The notes beneath the pieces are model-generated. The model was given only the letters and a program-made list of their open reading frames with translations. It had not been told where the DNA came from and ran no database searches. A DNA stretch of 64,000 nucleotides, from positions 3,264,001-3,328,000 of the forward strand of contig OZ244252.1 of assembly GCA_965217185.1 (NCBI GenBank), read 5' to 3'. Positions 54,346 through 64,000 of this stretch are shown here, piece by piece. The stretch's first letter is position 1; every line of letters begins with the position of its first letter. The stretch comes from an uncultured Candidatus Entotheonella sp. (GTDB lineage Bacteria; Tectomicrobia; Entotheonellia; Entotheonellales; Entotheonellaceae). Both the position numbers and the translations under genes were made by a program.

Positions 54346-57180
54346 TCAGGCTTTGCTGATGCGGCACAGGCCGGTCTTGGTTTCCTGCATCTGGGTCACC
54401 CGGTCATAGCCATAATTGGTCACGATGTTGGCGGATTCGCCCAATCCGTACGGGACGTAACCCTCCGGGTACTTGCTGGCCAGCGATTCGCCCTCGAGCA
54501 TGCCGCCCCAGTGAAAGGGCAGATAGACCATGTCGGGGCCCACCCGCTTGGTGATCTTGGCCTTCACCTTGATGCGGCTCGGCTTGTCGTCCTGATCCTC
54601 GGGGCTCTCGATCCATACCCAATCGCCGTGCCTGATGCGGTGGTCGTTCGCCAGCTTGGGGTGAATTTCCACATACATTTCCGGCTGCAGTTCCACCAGC
54701 CACCAGCAGGCGCGCTCGCTGTTGCCGCCGCCCTCGAATTCTACCTGCCGGCCGCTGCTCAGGATGATCGGGTAGTCCTTCACCCAGTCCGGCCTTTGTA
54801 GACTCTTGAACAGGGTTGGCACGCGGTAATGGTCCTTCACGTCGTCGTACGTCGGCCATTGCTCAATTAGATCGGGCCGCGGGCTGTGAATCGGCTCGCG
54901 ATGCGCCGGCACGGGATCGGGAATGTTCCACGAATTAAACCGCGCGCGGCCATTGCCGAACGGCGCCAACTCCTTGGCCATGGCGTCCGCGAATACCTGC
55001 CCCGTCAGGTCCGTCTTCCAGTCCTTCAACTCCGCGTAGCCGCCGTTGACCGAACTGCCCGCCGGGGCGGAACCGTTCGCCGCCAGCAGCGTGTCGCCGT
55101 CCGGCGCCTGCGTCCCCCAACGCGCCCGGAAACCCAAGCCGCCCTGCGATACCGGAATGTCGGTGCGGTACAGGATGTGGGTACCCGGGTGCTGCTCGGT
55201 CCAGCACGGCCAGGGCAGGCCCCACTGCTCGCCGTCCACCGGGCCGCCGACGGCCGTTTTCGTCTTGATGTCGAAGGCGTGCGCCCATTCCTGCTGGCGT
55301 TTGATGCGCTCGTACGTCTGTCCGGTCATGCCAATGGTGCGCATGCCGAGGTTCCACTCCCGGATGATCGACGCGTAGGTCTCCTCCGGCAGTTCCTTCA
55401 CGTCCTGCATGCTCTCCGGCACGCCCTCCCAGGCGGCCTGAGTGTTGCGGGTCAGGCCGTCCTTGAATCCCAGGCGTTCGGCCAGGTCCAGCAGAATGGC
55501 CAGGTCGGAGCGCGATTCCCACACCGGCGCGACCACACGGTTGCGCCACTGAATGTCGCGGTTGGAGTTGGTTACCGAGCCGTACTGCTCGTACACGGTC
55601 GCCGCCGGCAGGATGTAAACGCCGTCCGGGCGGTCCGGCAGAATCGACGTGGTGGTAACGAACGGATCGATGTCGACCAGCAAATCCACCTTTTCCAGGG
55701 CGCGCTTGATGCGGTCGAGCTGCGACTGGCAGTTCGTCGAGTGCCCCCAGTAAAAGGCGGCGTGGACGTTCACGTCCTGCCCCAGTTCCTCGGCGTCAAG
55801 CAGCACGCCCTCGTACCAACGGGCCACCGTAAAGCCCACTTTCTGCATCATCTTCTCATTGGTAAAGCGCGACTTGAGCTCCTCGGCGTCGGTGCCCCAG
55901 ACGTTCGCCCAGTGATTCCACGCCCCGGCGCCCAGGCCGTAGTAGCCGGGCAGGGTGTTGGACAGCACCCCGAGGTCGGTGGCGCCCTGCACGTTGTCGT
56001 GGCCGCGGAAGACGTTGGTGCCGCCGCCCGGCACGCCCATGTTACCGAGCACCAGCTGCAGGGCGCAGTAGGAGCGGGTGATCGAGGTGCCGTTGGTATG
56101 CTGCGTGCCGCCCATCGCCCAGATGACCGTGCCCGGCCGGTTATCGGCCATGGTCCTGGCGATGCGCTCCAACTCGGCCTCCGGCACGCCGGTGATGTTC
56201 TCTACCGTGTCTGGGTCGAACTTGCCCACCTCGTCCACCAGCGCCTGCAGGCCGTAGGTGCGCTCGTTCAGCATGCGCTTGTCTTCCCAGCCGTTCTTCA
56301 AAATGATGTAGATCAGGCCGTAAATGAACGCCACGTCGGTGCCGGAGCGGATGCGGGCGTACTGATTGGCGAACGCCGCCGTCTTGCTGAAGCGCGGGTC
56401 GACGACGATCACCTGCGCCCGGTTCACTTCCTTCGCCGTCAGGATGTGCTGCATGGCGATGGGGTGCGAGGTGCAGACGTTCTCACCGATGATCATGATG
56501 CTGCGGCTGTGGCGGATGTCGTTCATCGAGTTGGTCATGGCGCCGTAGCCCCACACGTTGGCCAGCCCGGCCACCGTGGTGGAGTGGCAGATGCGCGCCT
56601 GGTGGTCGATGTTGTTGGAACCCCAGAAGGCGGCGAACTTGCGCAGCGCGTAGGCGGTTTCGTTGTTGTGATGCGCCGAGCCGAGGAGCATGAGGGCGTC
56701 GGGCCCGTGCTGTTCGCGGATGTCCTGGAGCTTGGCCACGATCTCGCTCATGGCCTGATCCCACGACAGCCGCTGCCATTGCCCGTTGACGCGCTTCATG
56801 GGATAGCGCAGCCGCTTCTCGCTGATGACGTGCTCGCGCGCCGCGGCGCCCTTGGAGCACAGGCTGCCGAGGTTGATGGGGTGCTCGAACCACGGCTCCT
56901 GGCTCACCCAGACCCCGTTCTGCACTTCGCCCACGAACCCGCAGCCGACGGCGCAATTGCCGCAGATCGTTTTGACCTGTTCCAACTGCGGAAGATTCAA
57001 TGCCCCCGGGTCCTGAGCGGCCTCGGTTTCCTCGACCAGGCCCGCGGTCATCGAGGCGGCCAGGCCGCCGAGGCCGGCGGCGCGGAGAAAATGGCGCCGG
57101 TCGAGGCGAGGGTTCAGGGCTTGCGGCCATCCCGGCTGTCGTGCCGGGTCGCCGTGGTCCTGCCGGCGGATGAGTTTCAT
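54346..57180 (-). CDS. Formate dehydrogenase alpha subunit (Mo/W-bisPGD, Cys ligand, Tat signal)
   Basis: RRHFL Tat motif, CGNCAVGC...C, HQARICHSTT, RGHDNVQG, ETKTGLCRI. Confidence 0.93.
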   Translation of the reverse strand: MKLIRRQDHGDPARQPGWPQALNPRLDRRHFLRAAGLGGLAASMTAGLVEETEAAQDPGALNLPQLEQVKTICGNCAVGCGFVGEVQNGVWVSQEPWFEHPINLGSLCSKGAAAREHVISEKRLRYPMKRVNGQWQRLSWDQAMSEIVAKLQDIREQHGPDALMLLGSAHHNNETAYALRKFAAFWGSNNIDHQARICHSTTVAGLANVWGYGAMTNSMNDIRHSRSIMIIGENVCTSHPIAMQHILTAKEVNRAQVIVVDPRFSKTAAFANQYARIRSGTDVAFIYGLIYIILKNGWEDKRMLNERTYGLQALVDEVGKFDPDTVENITGVPEAELERIARTMADNRPGTVIWAMGGTQHTNGTSITRSYCALQLVLGNMGVPGGGTNVFRGHDNVQGATDLGVLSNTLPGYYGLGAGAWNHWANVWGTDAEELKSRFTNEKMMQKVGFTVARWYEGVLLDAEELGQDVNVHAAFYWGHSTNCQSQLDRIKRALEKVDLLVDIDPFVTTTSILPDRPDGVYILPAATVYEQYGSVTNSNRDIQWRNRVVAPVWESRSDLAILLDLAERLGFKDGLTRNTQAAWEGVPESMQDVKELPEETYASIIREWNLGMRTIGMTGQTYERIKRQQEWAHAFDIKTKTAVGGPVDGEQWGLPWPCWTEQHPGTHILYRTDIPVSQGGLGFRARWGTQAPDGDTLLAANGSAPAGSSVNGGYAELKDWKTDLTGQVFADAMAKELAPFGNGRARFNSWNIPDPVPAHREPIHSPRPDLIEQWPTYDDVKDHYRVPTLFKSLQRPDWVKDYPIILSSGRQVEFEGGGNSERACWWLVELQPEMYVEIHPKLANDHRIRHGDWVWIESPEDQDDKPSRIKVKAKITKRVGPDMVYLPFHWGGMLEGESLASKYPEGYVPYGLGESANIVTNYGYDRVTQMQETKTGLCRISKA

Positions 57181-57218
57181 CGTCTGTTCTCCTTAATAGC
57201 GATGGATAGCAAGCCTTA

Positions 57219-57428
57219 TCATTGATACAAGGTTCGGTAATAACGCTCGGTCTCCGCGGTGCGGCGATACAGGACCGGCCCCTTGGCCGGCGCAGATTCG
57301 GGCTGCGCCGCCGCGCGCCCGCGCCGGGGGCGGGAAAGCAACGCCGCCGCTGCGCCCAGGCCCGTCAGCATTCTGGCGAGAAACGTACGCCGCGCCTGTC
57401 CTGCTTGGGATTCTCCGTTTCGTGACAT
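57219..57428 (-). CDS. Small Tat-motif FDH accessory protein
   Basis: RRTFL and C-terminal YRRT.ET..YYRT, typical of small ORFs upstream of fdhA. Confidence 0.75.
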   Translation of the reverse strand: MSRNGESQAGQARRTFLARMLTGLGAAAALLSRPRRGRAAAQPESAPAKGPVLYRRTAETERYYRTLYQ

Positions 57429-57453
57429 GCCTGTCTCCTTTATCTAGGGCCGC

Positions 57454-57702
57454 TTAGCTGACGCACAGCAATGAGGCGCAGGGGAAATCGCCATCGGCGC
57501 CGCGCTCGGCAACTTCGACCTCCACCTCGAAGCCCTCCTGCAGGTCGGTCAGGTCGCCCCCCATCGTGCCCATGGTTTCGGGCTCGGCAACCTCGATCAC
57601 CGCGGCGTCGGGAAACGTGATGGCGACGTCTTCGCCCTCGTGCGTGGTAATGATGCCTTTGCGATTGGCAACGTCCAGTTTCTTGATACGTCCTGCGATC
57701 AC
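57454..57702 (-). CDS. Small hypothetical protein (OB-fold-like)
   Basis: GGAGGTGA RBS with GTG start; inside the operon. Confidence 0.65.
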   Translation of the reverse strand: MIAGRIKKLDVANRKGIITTHEGEDVAITFPDAAVIEVAEPETMGTMGGDLTDLQEGFEVEVEVAERGADGDFPCASLLCVS

Positions 57703-57739
57703 CTGCTCACCTCCTTATCGTATGCCGGTTTGCACACGC

Positions 57740-58462
57740 TCACTCATCCCCTTCGTCCGCTGCGTCGAACAACGGCCCGCGCCACTCCGGCCCGGCGCCA
57801 TATTGGGCGCGGGCTTCGGCAAGCGTGGCCACCTTGTCCAGACCCCAGTCGCAGAACAGGCTTTGCTCGACTTTCAGAAAGCCGCGCAACAACTGCGCCG
57901 CGCCGCGATAAAAGGCCGCCTGCGGGGCCTGTTCGATATCGGCCGCGCAACTCGGTGCCCAGACCAGCAAATGTTCCTTGAGACACGTGACTTGCAGGCG
58001 CAGCCAGCGGTCTGCGTCATCGGGCGCCGCCGCCTGTTTGTCGATCAGCCACCGCATCACGTCCAACTCGAACGCCAGCACGTCCTCAGGATCGGTAAAG
58101 CCCTGCGGTTTCTCAATACCCAACTGCTTGAGGAAACCGCGCCACGTCTTCAGAGGCTCTGTGAAGAACTGCCCGGTCAGGTAATACGAAGCGTAGGGCC
58201 GGATTACCTTGGCGAACGGCTCCAAAAACAACTGGCTGAACTCCGTCGCCACTTCGCCGGGCCGGTGGTTGGCGAGGTAGTCGTCAATAAGCCGCCAGCC
58301 GCTGCCCATCAGGGGATGCACCGCCGCCGCGGCTTCGGTGCGTGGGTGCATGTCGTCGCGCAGGGCCGCGACAAAACCCGCCTCCGGCTCCTTCCACAAC
58401 AGTTGCACGAACAGGCGGTAATACGTCTGCCGAAACTGTATGAAGTCGCGATCCTGAAGCAT
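57740..58462 (-). CDS. TorD/DmsD-family chaperone
   Basis: EFSQLF, PYASYY, PED..AFEL, EHL..W, FYRG. Confidence 0.88.
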   Translation of the reverse strand: MLQDRDFIQFRQTYYRLFVQLLWKEPEAGFVAALRDDMHPRTEAAAAVHPLMGSGWRLIDDYLANHRPGEVATEFSQLFLEPFAKVIRPYASYYLTGQFFTEPLKTWRGFLKQLGIEKPQGFTDPEDVLAFELDVMRWLIDKQAAAPDDADRWLRLQVTCLKEHLLVWAPSCAADIEQAPQAAFYRGAAQLLRGFLKVEQSLFCDWGLDKVATLAEARAQYGAGPEWRGPLFDAADEGDE

Positions 58463-58474
58463 GCCCGCCTCCGC

Positions 58475-58900
58475 TCACAACTCTTCCAGGCTGCCGGACT
58501 CTTCCTCAAACAGACGATCCAACGCCTGGTCCACAAACATCTTGTAGGACAAACTATCCTCCAGCGGCGCGTCGCCTCGCTGCCGCCGGGCGGTGATTTC
58601 CTCGTTGAGCGCCCCACCCACGGCTGCCTCGATGCGCTCGAATAAAGGCGCCTCGGAGACAGCGGTAGCGACCACCTGTGCGTCCCACCAGCGCTCCCAA
58701 ACGTCCTGGTAGGGTCCCAGACCCGGGAACCGCCCCGCCTCGCGGACGGCTTGCTCCGACGCTATGTTGACGGACGCCTGCACGTCCATCACCTGCCGCC
58801 ATTTGTGCAGCGCCAAGTGGCGTTTGTAGGCGTCGAGGGCGGCATCCATGAACTCCTTGCCCTGCTTTCTGCCGCGCCCGTATTTTTTCCTGTCGCGCAT
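58475..58900 (-). CDS. Hypothetical protein in the FDH operon
   Basis: Tightly packed co-directional ORF. Confidence 0.65.
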   Translation of the reverse strand: MRDRKKYGRGRKQGKEFMDAALDAYKRHLALHKWRQVMDVQASVNIASEQAVREAGRFPGLGPYQDVWERWWDAQVVATAVSEAPLFERIEAAVGGALNEEITARRQRGDAPLEDSLSYKMFVDQALDRLFEEESGSLEEL

Positions 58901-58903
58901 GCG

Positions 58904-59704
58904 TCAATCCCCCGACACCGCAACGGCTTCCGCTTCCACCGCCGCGGCGGACGGTTGGTGCAGCAGGCGCTCGGCGTGCGTGTAGACGTTGAAGCTGTTG
59001 CGCCGCACGTAGCCGATGACCGTGACGCCGAGCCGTTTGGCAGCCTCGATGGCCAGTGTCGTCGGCGAGGTGCGCGAGATCAGAAACGGCGTTCCCATAT
59101 GGGCGCCCTTGCGCAGCATCTCCGACGAAATACGCCCAGTGGTCAGGAGGATCCGGCCCCGGGTGGGGATACCCAGCGTCATCGCCTCGCCGAGAATTTT
59201 GTCGAGCGCATTGTGGCGCCCCACGTCCTCCGCCAACAGCAAAATCCGCTCGCCGTCGCTCAGAGCCGCGGCGTGAATGCCGCGCGATGCCCGGTACATG
59301 TCGGCACCGTCGAACAACTGCCGCATGAGGGGAAAGACGTCGTCCGGCGTCAGGCTCAAATCGCTGAACAGCGGCGGGTAGTGCGACGTCTCAATGCTGA
59401 ACGTCAACCCCATGCCGCAACCGGACGTGAAGACCCGTTTCTTTGGCTGCACCAGGGCGGTGGCCAGCTCGATCGCCACTGCGCCGTTGTCGGCGTCGAT
59501 GTCCAAGGCGCGGATGTCGTCCAAGCCGCTGATGATGCCCTCGAAGCACAGGAACCCGATCACCAGATAATCCAGCTTCACCGGGGTGCACAGGAAGGTC
59601 GCCAATTCGACGCCGTTGACGATGATGGTGAGCGGCTGCTCGCGCACCACCGACTTTTCGAACTGCGTGAAAGCGCCGTTTTCGTAGCGGTAGACATATG
59701 GCAT
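58904..59704 (-). CDS. fdhD: Formate dehydrogenase accessory sulfurtransferase
   Basis: EQPLTI, GFLCFEG, TSGCG, GIHAAA, EDVGRHNALDK, TGRISSEM. Confidence 0.93.
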   Translation of the reverse strand: MPYVYRYENGAFTQFEKSVVREQPLTIIVNGVELATFLCTPVKLDYLVIGFLCFEGIISGLDDIRALDIDADNGAVAIELATALVQPKKRVFTSGCGMGLTFSIETSHYPPLFSDLSLTPDDVFPLMRQLFDGADMYRASRGIHAAALSDGERILLLAEDVGRHNALDKILGEAMTLGIPTRGRILLTTGRISSEMLRKGAHMGTPFLISRTSPTTLAIEAAKRLGVTVIGYVRRNSFNVYTHAERLLHQPSAAAVEAEAVAVSGD

Positions 59705-61641
59705 TACGGCTCCCAACCTTGTTCGACTTCCTGCATGGCGGCCACCGCACGACAGTCGGGGCACATTCTGAGCAGATTTTGCCGCGCACCGCTGAACGCC
59801 TCCATGAGGGGTCCGAGGTGCAGCATTTTCGCCAGAATGGCGTCCAGGGATTTTCGATTGATGAAGGGTTTGCCGCACTGCAGACAGGCCACCATCTCGT
59901 CGCGCACCACGGTGCGGTAATTCAGCGCCTCGTGTGTAAACACCACCTCGTGACGCAGGCTGATGACGTTCTCCGGGCACAGCGTCTCGCAAAGCCCGCA
60001 GGCCACGCAGGCAAAGTGGTTGAATTGCAGGGAGAACGTCGGCTCATCCAGCCGGAAGGCGTGCGTTGGGCAGACGTTGACACACGAGCGGCACAGCGTG
60101 CAGCCTTCCGCTTCAACCTCGGCCGTGGCGAACGGCAGCGCGGCGTCAACGGGCTGCCGACCCGGCTCGCGCCTGCGTTGTTCGATGAACGTGCCGACGA
60201 TTTCCGTCAGCGCCTGCCGGTCGCTGGTGACGCGCCAGGGCTTGCCGTCCCAGTGGATAAGCGCCGGAGGCAGGGATTCGGCGAAACGTGTCAGGTCGGC
60301 GACGGTTTCCGCCTCCTCACCGTCCGCGGTCACGAGCAGCCGCAGACGTTCTGGGCCCATGTCGAACGTCTCAAGCGTCAAGCGACAGAATGCCAGCGTG
60401 CGTTCCAACAAGGCGCGCTCACCATGCGGGCACGTGGCGCAGCCGAGCAATCCCACTCCCGCGGCGCCGAGCCGCAACGCGCCCAGGATGGCGGCGGCGG
60501 AGACGTGCCGCAGACACGGCACTCGCACGCCGAGCACCTTGGCCGGGTATGGCAACGACTGCCGTCCCGCTTCTTCGATGAACGATTTACCCTGTTCGCT
60601 GCAATGAAAGAGCACCACCTGATCCGCGTCGCCGCTGTCCGGCGCCAACAGCGCCGCGAGTTGCGCGTATAACGCCTGCGGCGACGGCTCCGTGAACCGC
60701 AGGGCCGACGTCGGGCAAGCCGAACTGCAGGCGCCGCATCCCTCACAGGCCAGATGGTCCACCTCAATGCGCAGCGGATTCGTCGGGTCGCGCCGGATCG
60801 CCTCGTACGGACAGGCCGGGATGCACGCCCCGCAGGCTTGTTGGCCCGCCGCGCCGCCGGCGCAGATATCGGCATCGTACGCCACGTGCACGGTCTTCAG
60901 GAAGTCACCGGTCAGGTCGTCGATGCGCGCGGCAAGTTGGTCGAGGTCCGCCACATCGGCACTGTTGAGGACGTGGTAACCGGTGCGCGTAGGACCCGCC
61001 GACGGGTCGGAGGCGAATGTCACCACCTGATCGACCACGAGTTCCTGTTGCTCGCCGCCCGCCAAGCCGACGACGGTGCGGAAATCCCCCAGCCGGCCGG
61101 ACACCTCCAGCAACTCGCCTCGGTAAATCCGCCAGGAAGGCAGCGGCTCGACGGCAGCCGCGTGCGGACTCTGCACAAGAATCGGTCGGATAGCGCTGCC
61201 CAGCCGCCGTGCGAGATCCCCGGCCAACGGCTCGTCGGCAACGATGAGGACGCGCCCGTCGCTCCGCAAAGGAAGGTAGCGGGGCTCTGCCTGCACCTCC
61301 GCCGCCTGCAGCGCCCCACGTAGGAGGCGGCTGGCCTTGCCATGAGCTTCCTGCGGGTCGGCGTGCACCGCGAAACAGGATTCTTTGAGATCGACGAAGT
61401 GAGCCTTGGAACTCGGGCCAATGTCAGGCCGGAGGGCATCTTCGAAGCGGGCAGGTGAATCGCAGCAGGCGATCATGGCGTGCGTGCAGCGTTCGCGGCT
61501 GACAAGGTCCGCGAAATCCTGCAAGTCGCTGTCGGGATGGGTGGCGAACTGAACGTGGGGGGTGGGAAGGTCGAACCGTTGGGGGTCAAGCGCCAGCGTG
61601 TGTCGGCAGTTACAGAGGAATATGCCCCACTTTGCCGTCAT
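59704..61641 (-). CDS. Multi-[4Fe-4S] protein with an MvhD/FlpD-like segment
   Basis: FLCNC N-terminus; four CxxCxxxCP ferredoxin motifs; VPC...GAAGVGLLGCATC segment; C-terminal CxxC pairs. Confidence 0.8.
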   Translation of the reverse strand: MTAKWGIFLCNCRHTLALDPQRFDLPTPHVQFATHPDSDLQDFADLVSRERCTHAMIACCDSPARFEDALRPDIGPSSKAHFVDLKESCFAVHADPQEAHGKASRLLRGALQAAEVQAEPRYLPLRSDGRVLIVADEPLAGDLARRLGSAIRPILVQSPHAAAVEPLPSWRIYRGELLEVSGRLGDFRTVVGLAGGEQQELVVDQVVTFASDPSAGPTRTGYHVLNSADVADLDQLAARIDDLTGDFLKTVHVAYDADICAGGAAGQQACGACIPACPYEAIRRDPTNPLRIEVDHLACEGCGACSSACPTSALRFTEPSPQALYAQLAALLAPDSGDADQVVLFHCSEQGKSFIEEAGRQSLPYPAKVLGVRVPCLRHVSAAAILGALRLGAAGVGLLGCATCPHGERALLERTLAFCRLTLETFDMGPERLRLLVTADGEEAETVADLTRFAESLPPALIHWDGKPWRVTSDRQALTEIVGTFIEQRRREPGRQPVDAALPFATAEVEAEGCTLCRSCVNVCPTHAFRLDEPTFSLQFNHFACVACGLCETLCPENVISLRHEVVFTHEALNYRTVVRDEMVACLQCGKPFINRKSLDAILAKMLHLGPLMEAFSGARQNLLRMCPDCRAVAAMQEVEQGWEP

Positions 61642-61729
61642 GTCGTGTCCCCCGTACCGCTCTCATACCACCGCTGATTGTTTGGAAAAGCGTTGCATCA
61701 AATACGGCGGCACCCTTGAGAAGGGCGCC

Positions 61730-61759
61730 AATGTAGAGCAGCCCTGACGGCACTGTCAA
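61730..61759 (-). promoter_or_regulatory. Putative promoter of the FDH operon
   Basis: TTGACA (61759-61754), 18 nt, TACATT (61735-61730). Confidence 0.4.
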
Positions 61760-61809
61760 CCCTTAAAACACCACTCATAAATCCCTCTCAACGGCAAGCC
61801 GGGATGGCC

Positions 61810-63195
61810 CTACGGCAAATTACCGACCAGGGCACGGAAGTGGTCGCCGCGGGCTTCATAGTGGGGAAACTGGTCGTAGCTTGCGCAGGCAGGGGAGAGA
61901 AGAACGACGTCGCCGGGTCGGGCAAGGTCGGCGGCGCGCTGCAGGGCGGCGTCCAGGGTGGGAAGTTGAATGACGTCGGGCGGCGAAGACACCCGCTCGA
62001 GGGCGGCGGCCAGCTTGGGAGCGGTGTTGCCATACAGGAGCGCGACCCGGACGCGAGATTGCATGACGTGGGCGAGGTCGTCGAACGGGGTGCCTTTGTC
62101 GTAGCCGCCGGCGAGCAGCAGGACGGGCTGTTCAAACGCTTGCAGGGCGCACTGGGTGGAAAACGGCGTGGTGGCCTTGGAGTCGTTGTAATAGGCGACG
62201 CCGCCCTTGTCGGCGATCCATTCCAGCCGGTGCGGCAGGCCGGTGAAGGCTTGCAGGCCGCGGGCAATGGTGCCTGGCGGTACGCCCAGAGTGGTGGCGG
62301 CAGCGGCGGCAGCGGCGGCGTTGCCGAGGTTGTGCAGGCCGCGCAAACGCAGGTCGGAGTCGTGACAAAGCACGCGGCGCTCGCCCTCCGAGGCCAGCAC
62401 CAAGGCGCTGCCGTCACGGTAGACACCGGCTTCCAGAGGCTCCTGGACGCTGTAGAACAAGCGGCGACCGCGGCCGCGTGCCGCCATGTCCCGAACTGTT
62501 AGGTCATCCCAGTTGAGGACGGCCACGTCGTCCGGCGTCTGGTGGGCCAGGATGACCTCCTTGGCCGCTTGGTAAGCCGCCATAGTGCCGTGCCGGTCGA
62601 GATGATTCGGAGCCAGATTGAGCACTACGGCCAGGGGCGGGCTGTAGCCGAGCCAGTCGAGGTGCTCCAGTTGGAAGCTGGATATTTCCAACACCACCGG
62701 GGTGTCGGGCTCGATGTCGGGCAGGCGGGACAGCAGCGAGCCGCCGATGTTGCCGCCAACGAGGGTGCGGGCGTCGTGGGCTTGCAGGATGTTGCCCAGC
62801 AGCGACGTGGTGGTGGTTTTGCCGACACTGCCGGTGATGCCGATGATGCGCCCGGCGCACTGGCGCACGAAAAGGTTCAACTCGCTGTCCAGCGGCACCC
62901 CGCGCAACCGTGCCAGTTGCAAAAACGGCGAGGTGAGCGGCACGGCGGGGTTGACGAATACGCGGTCGGTGTCGACGAAATCGCCGTCGCGGTGCTCCCC
63001 CAGCACGAAGCGGATGGGCAGGTCCTGCAGCGCCTCCAGAGCGTCCTGCAAGGCGGTGGCGTCTTTCAAATCAGTCACGGTGACCGAGGCATCCTGCTCG
63101 GCGAGATAGCGAGTCAAGCCGACCCCGCCACCGAACGAGCCGAGGCCCATGACGGTCACCCGGCAGCCCTTCCAAGAGGTCGGCGATGACGGCAT
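61810..63195 (-). CDS. murD: UDP-MurNAc-L-Ala--D-glutamate ligase
   Basis: GITGSVGKTTTT, GGNIG, EISSFQL, HLDRH, NDSKAT, LSPACASYDQF. Confidence 0.95.
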   Translation of the reverse strand: MPSSPTSWKGCRVTVMGLGSFGGGVGLTRYLAEQDASVTVTDLKDATALQDALEALQDLPIRFVLGEHRDGDFVDTDRVFVNPAVPLTSPFLQLARLRGVPLDSELNLFVRQCAGRIIGITGSVGKTTTTSLLGNILQAHDARTLVGGNIGGSLLSRLPDIEPDTPVVLEISSFQLEHLDWLGYSPPLAVVLNLAPNHLDRHGTMAAYQAAKEVILAHQTPDDVAVLNWDDLTVRDMAARGRGRRLFYSVQEPLEAGVYRDGSALVLASEGERRVLCHDSDLRLRGLHNLGNAAAAAAAATTLGVPPGTIARGLQAFTGLPHRLEWIADKGGVAYYNDSKATTPFSTQCALQAFEQPVLLLAGGYDKGTPFDDLAHVMQSRVRVALLYGNTAPKLAAALERVSSPPDVIQLPTLDAALQRAADLARPGDVVLLSPACASYDQFPHYEARGDHFRALVGNLP

Positions 63196-63208
63196 GGCGG
63201 AATGTCCT

Positions 63209-64000
63209 TTATGTTCCGGTGCAGGGCGCGTCCAAGGAATCGAGCAGCGCCAGGGCCTGCATGGTGGCGCCCACGTCATGTACGCGAACCAAAGCCGCAC
63301 CCCGCTGCGCCGCCCACAGCACGCTGGCGAGGCTGCCCCCAAGCCGGTCGTCAACCGGACGCTGCAGCACGCGCCCCAGGAACGATTTGCGCGACGTGCC
63401 GACCAGCAGCGGCTGCCCCAAGGCGCCCAGATGGTCCAGGCCGCGCAGCAGGTCCAGGTTGTGCGCGACCGTCTTGCCAAAACCGAAACCGGGGTCCAGC
63501 ACGATGCGCTGCCGCTCGATGCCGGCTTGCACGGCGTCGTACAGGCGCGTACGCAGGAACCCGTAGATGTCGTCGATGACGTGGTGATACGACGGCGCCT
63601 GCTGCATGGTCCGGGGCGTTCCCTGCATGTGCATCAAAACCACCGCCGCGCCGCGTTGGGCGAGCAACGGCGCCATGCCCGGGTCGAAGCGCAGGGCGCT
63701 GATGTCGTTCACCATCACGGCGCCGGCGTCCAGTGCGGCTGCGGCGACGTCGGCCCGGTAGGTGTCCACCGACACCAGCGCGTTGTGACGTTTGACGATC
63801 TCTCGCACCACCGGCACCACGCGCGCCTGCTCCACCGCTGCCGGCACCGGCTCCGAACCCGGACGCGACGATTGGCCGCCGACATCGATCAGGTCGGCGC
63901 CCTCTGCCAGCATGGCCTCGGCACGCGCCAACGCGCGTTCGGGCTCGCAATACAGGCCGCCGTCGGAGAACGAATCCGGCGTCACGTTCAAAATGCCCAT
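63209..64000 (-). CDS. folP: Dihydropteroate synthase (5' end probably outside the window)
   Basis: MGILNVTPDSFSDGG, SVDT, DPGFGFGKT, SRKSF, RVHDV. Confidence 0.96.
   Translation of the reverse strand: MGILNVTPDSFSDGGLYCEPERALARAEAMLAEGADLIDVGGQSSRPGSEPVPAAVEQARVVPVVREIVKRHNALVSVDTYRADVAAAALDAGAVMVNDISALRFDPGMAPLLAQRGAAVVLMHMQGTPRTMQQAPSYHHVIDDIYGFLRTRLYDAVQAGIERQRIVLDPGFGFGKTVAHNLDLLRGLDHLGALGQPLLVGTSRKSFLGRVLQRPVDDRLGGSLASVLWAAQRGAALVRVHDVGATMQALALLDSLDAPCTGT

Noticed and set aside
54346..57180. Selenocysteine/SECIS in the FDH alpha subunit
   Set aside because: The frame is open and the ligand position is Cys (ARICH).
54886..57225. 779-aa plus-strand ORF and other long antisense ORFs
   Set aside because: Shadow frames of GC-rich genes with no recognisable motifs.

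Overview
GC-rich bacterial chromosome segment. The gene content and rRNA are compatible with a Tectomicrobia/'Ca. Entotheonella'-like organism, but this is unverified inference. (1) 1-8.6 kb is a stack of nested mobile elements: an IS5 pseudogene; three related IS1182/IS5-like elements with GAGCCACTTGCAAAAC-type ends; and a Tn3-family 38-bp inverted repeat split by a group II intron (1492-5432). That intron is itself split in domain III by a second, different group II intron (1887-3911), making a twintron. A DUF6516(TumE-like)/HTH toxin-antitoxin pair follows. (2) 8.7-13.8 kb is a complete minus-strand 16S-23S-5S operon with no spacer tRNA. (3) 13.9-30.6 kb holds housekeeping and metabolic genes. 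(4) 30.6-41.2 kb is a defence island: PLD-SNF2 helicase, an N6-adenine methyltransferase cleanly interrupted by an IS, an Abi-type protein, a DprA/SLOG-like protein and hicBA. (5) 41.4-49.4 kb holds circularly permuted ATP-grasp and alpha-E genes running directly into a partner-switching/two-component cascade. (6) 52.6-61.6 kb is a Tat-exported formate dehydrogenase cluster with an NrfD anchor, followed by murD and folP. The best-supported novelty is the intron-in-intron-in-Tn3-IR-in-IS architecture, whose junctions can be rebuilt to the base.
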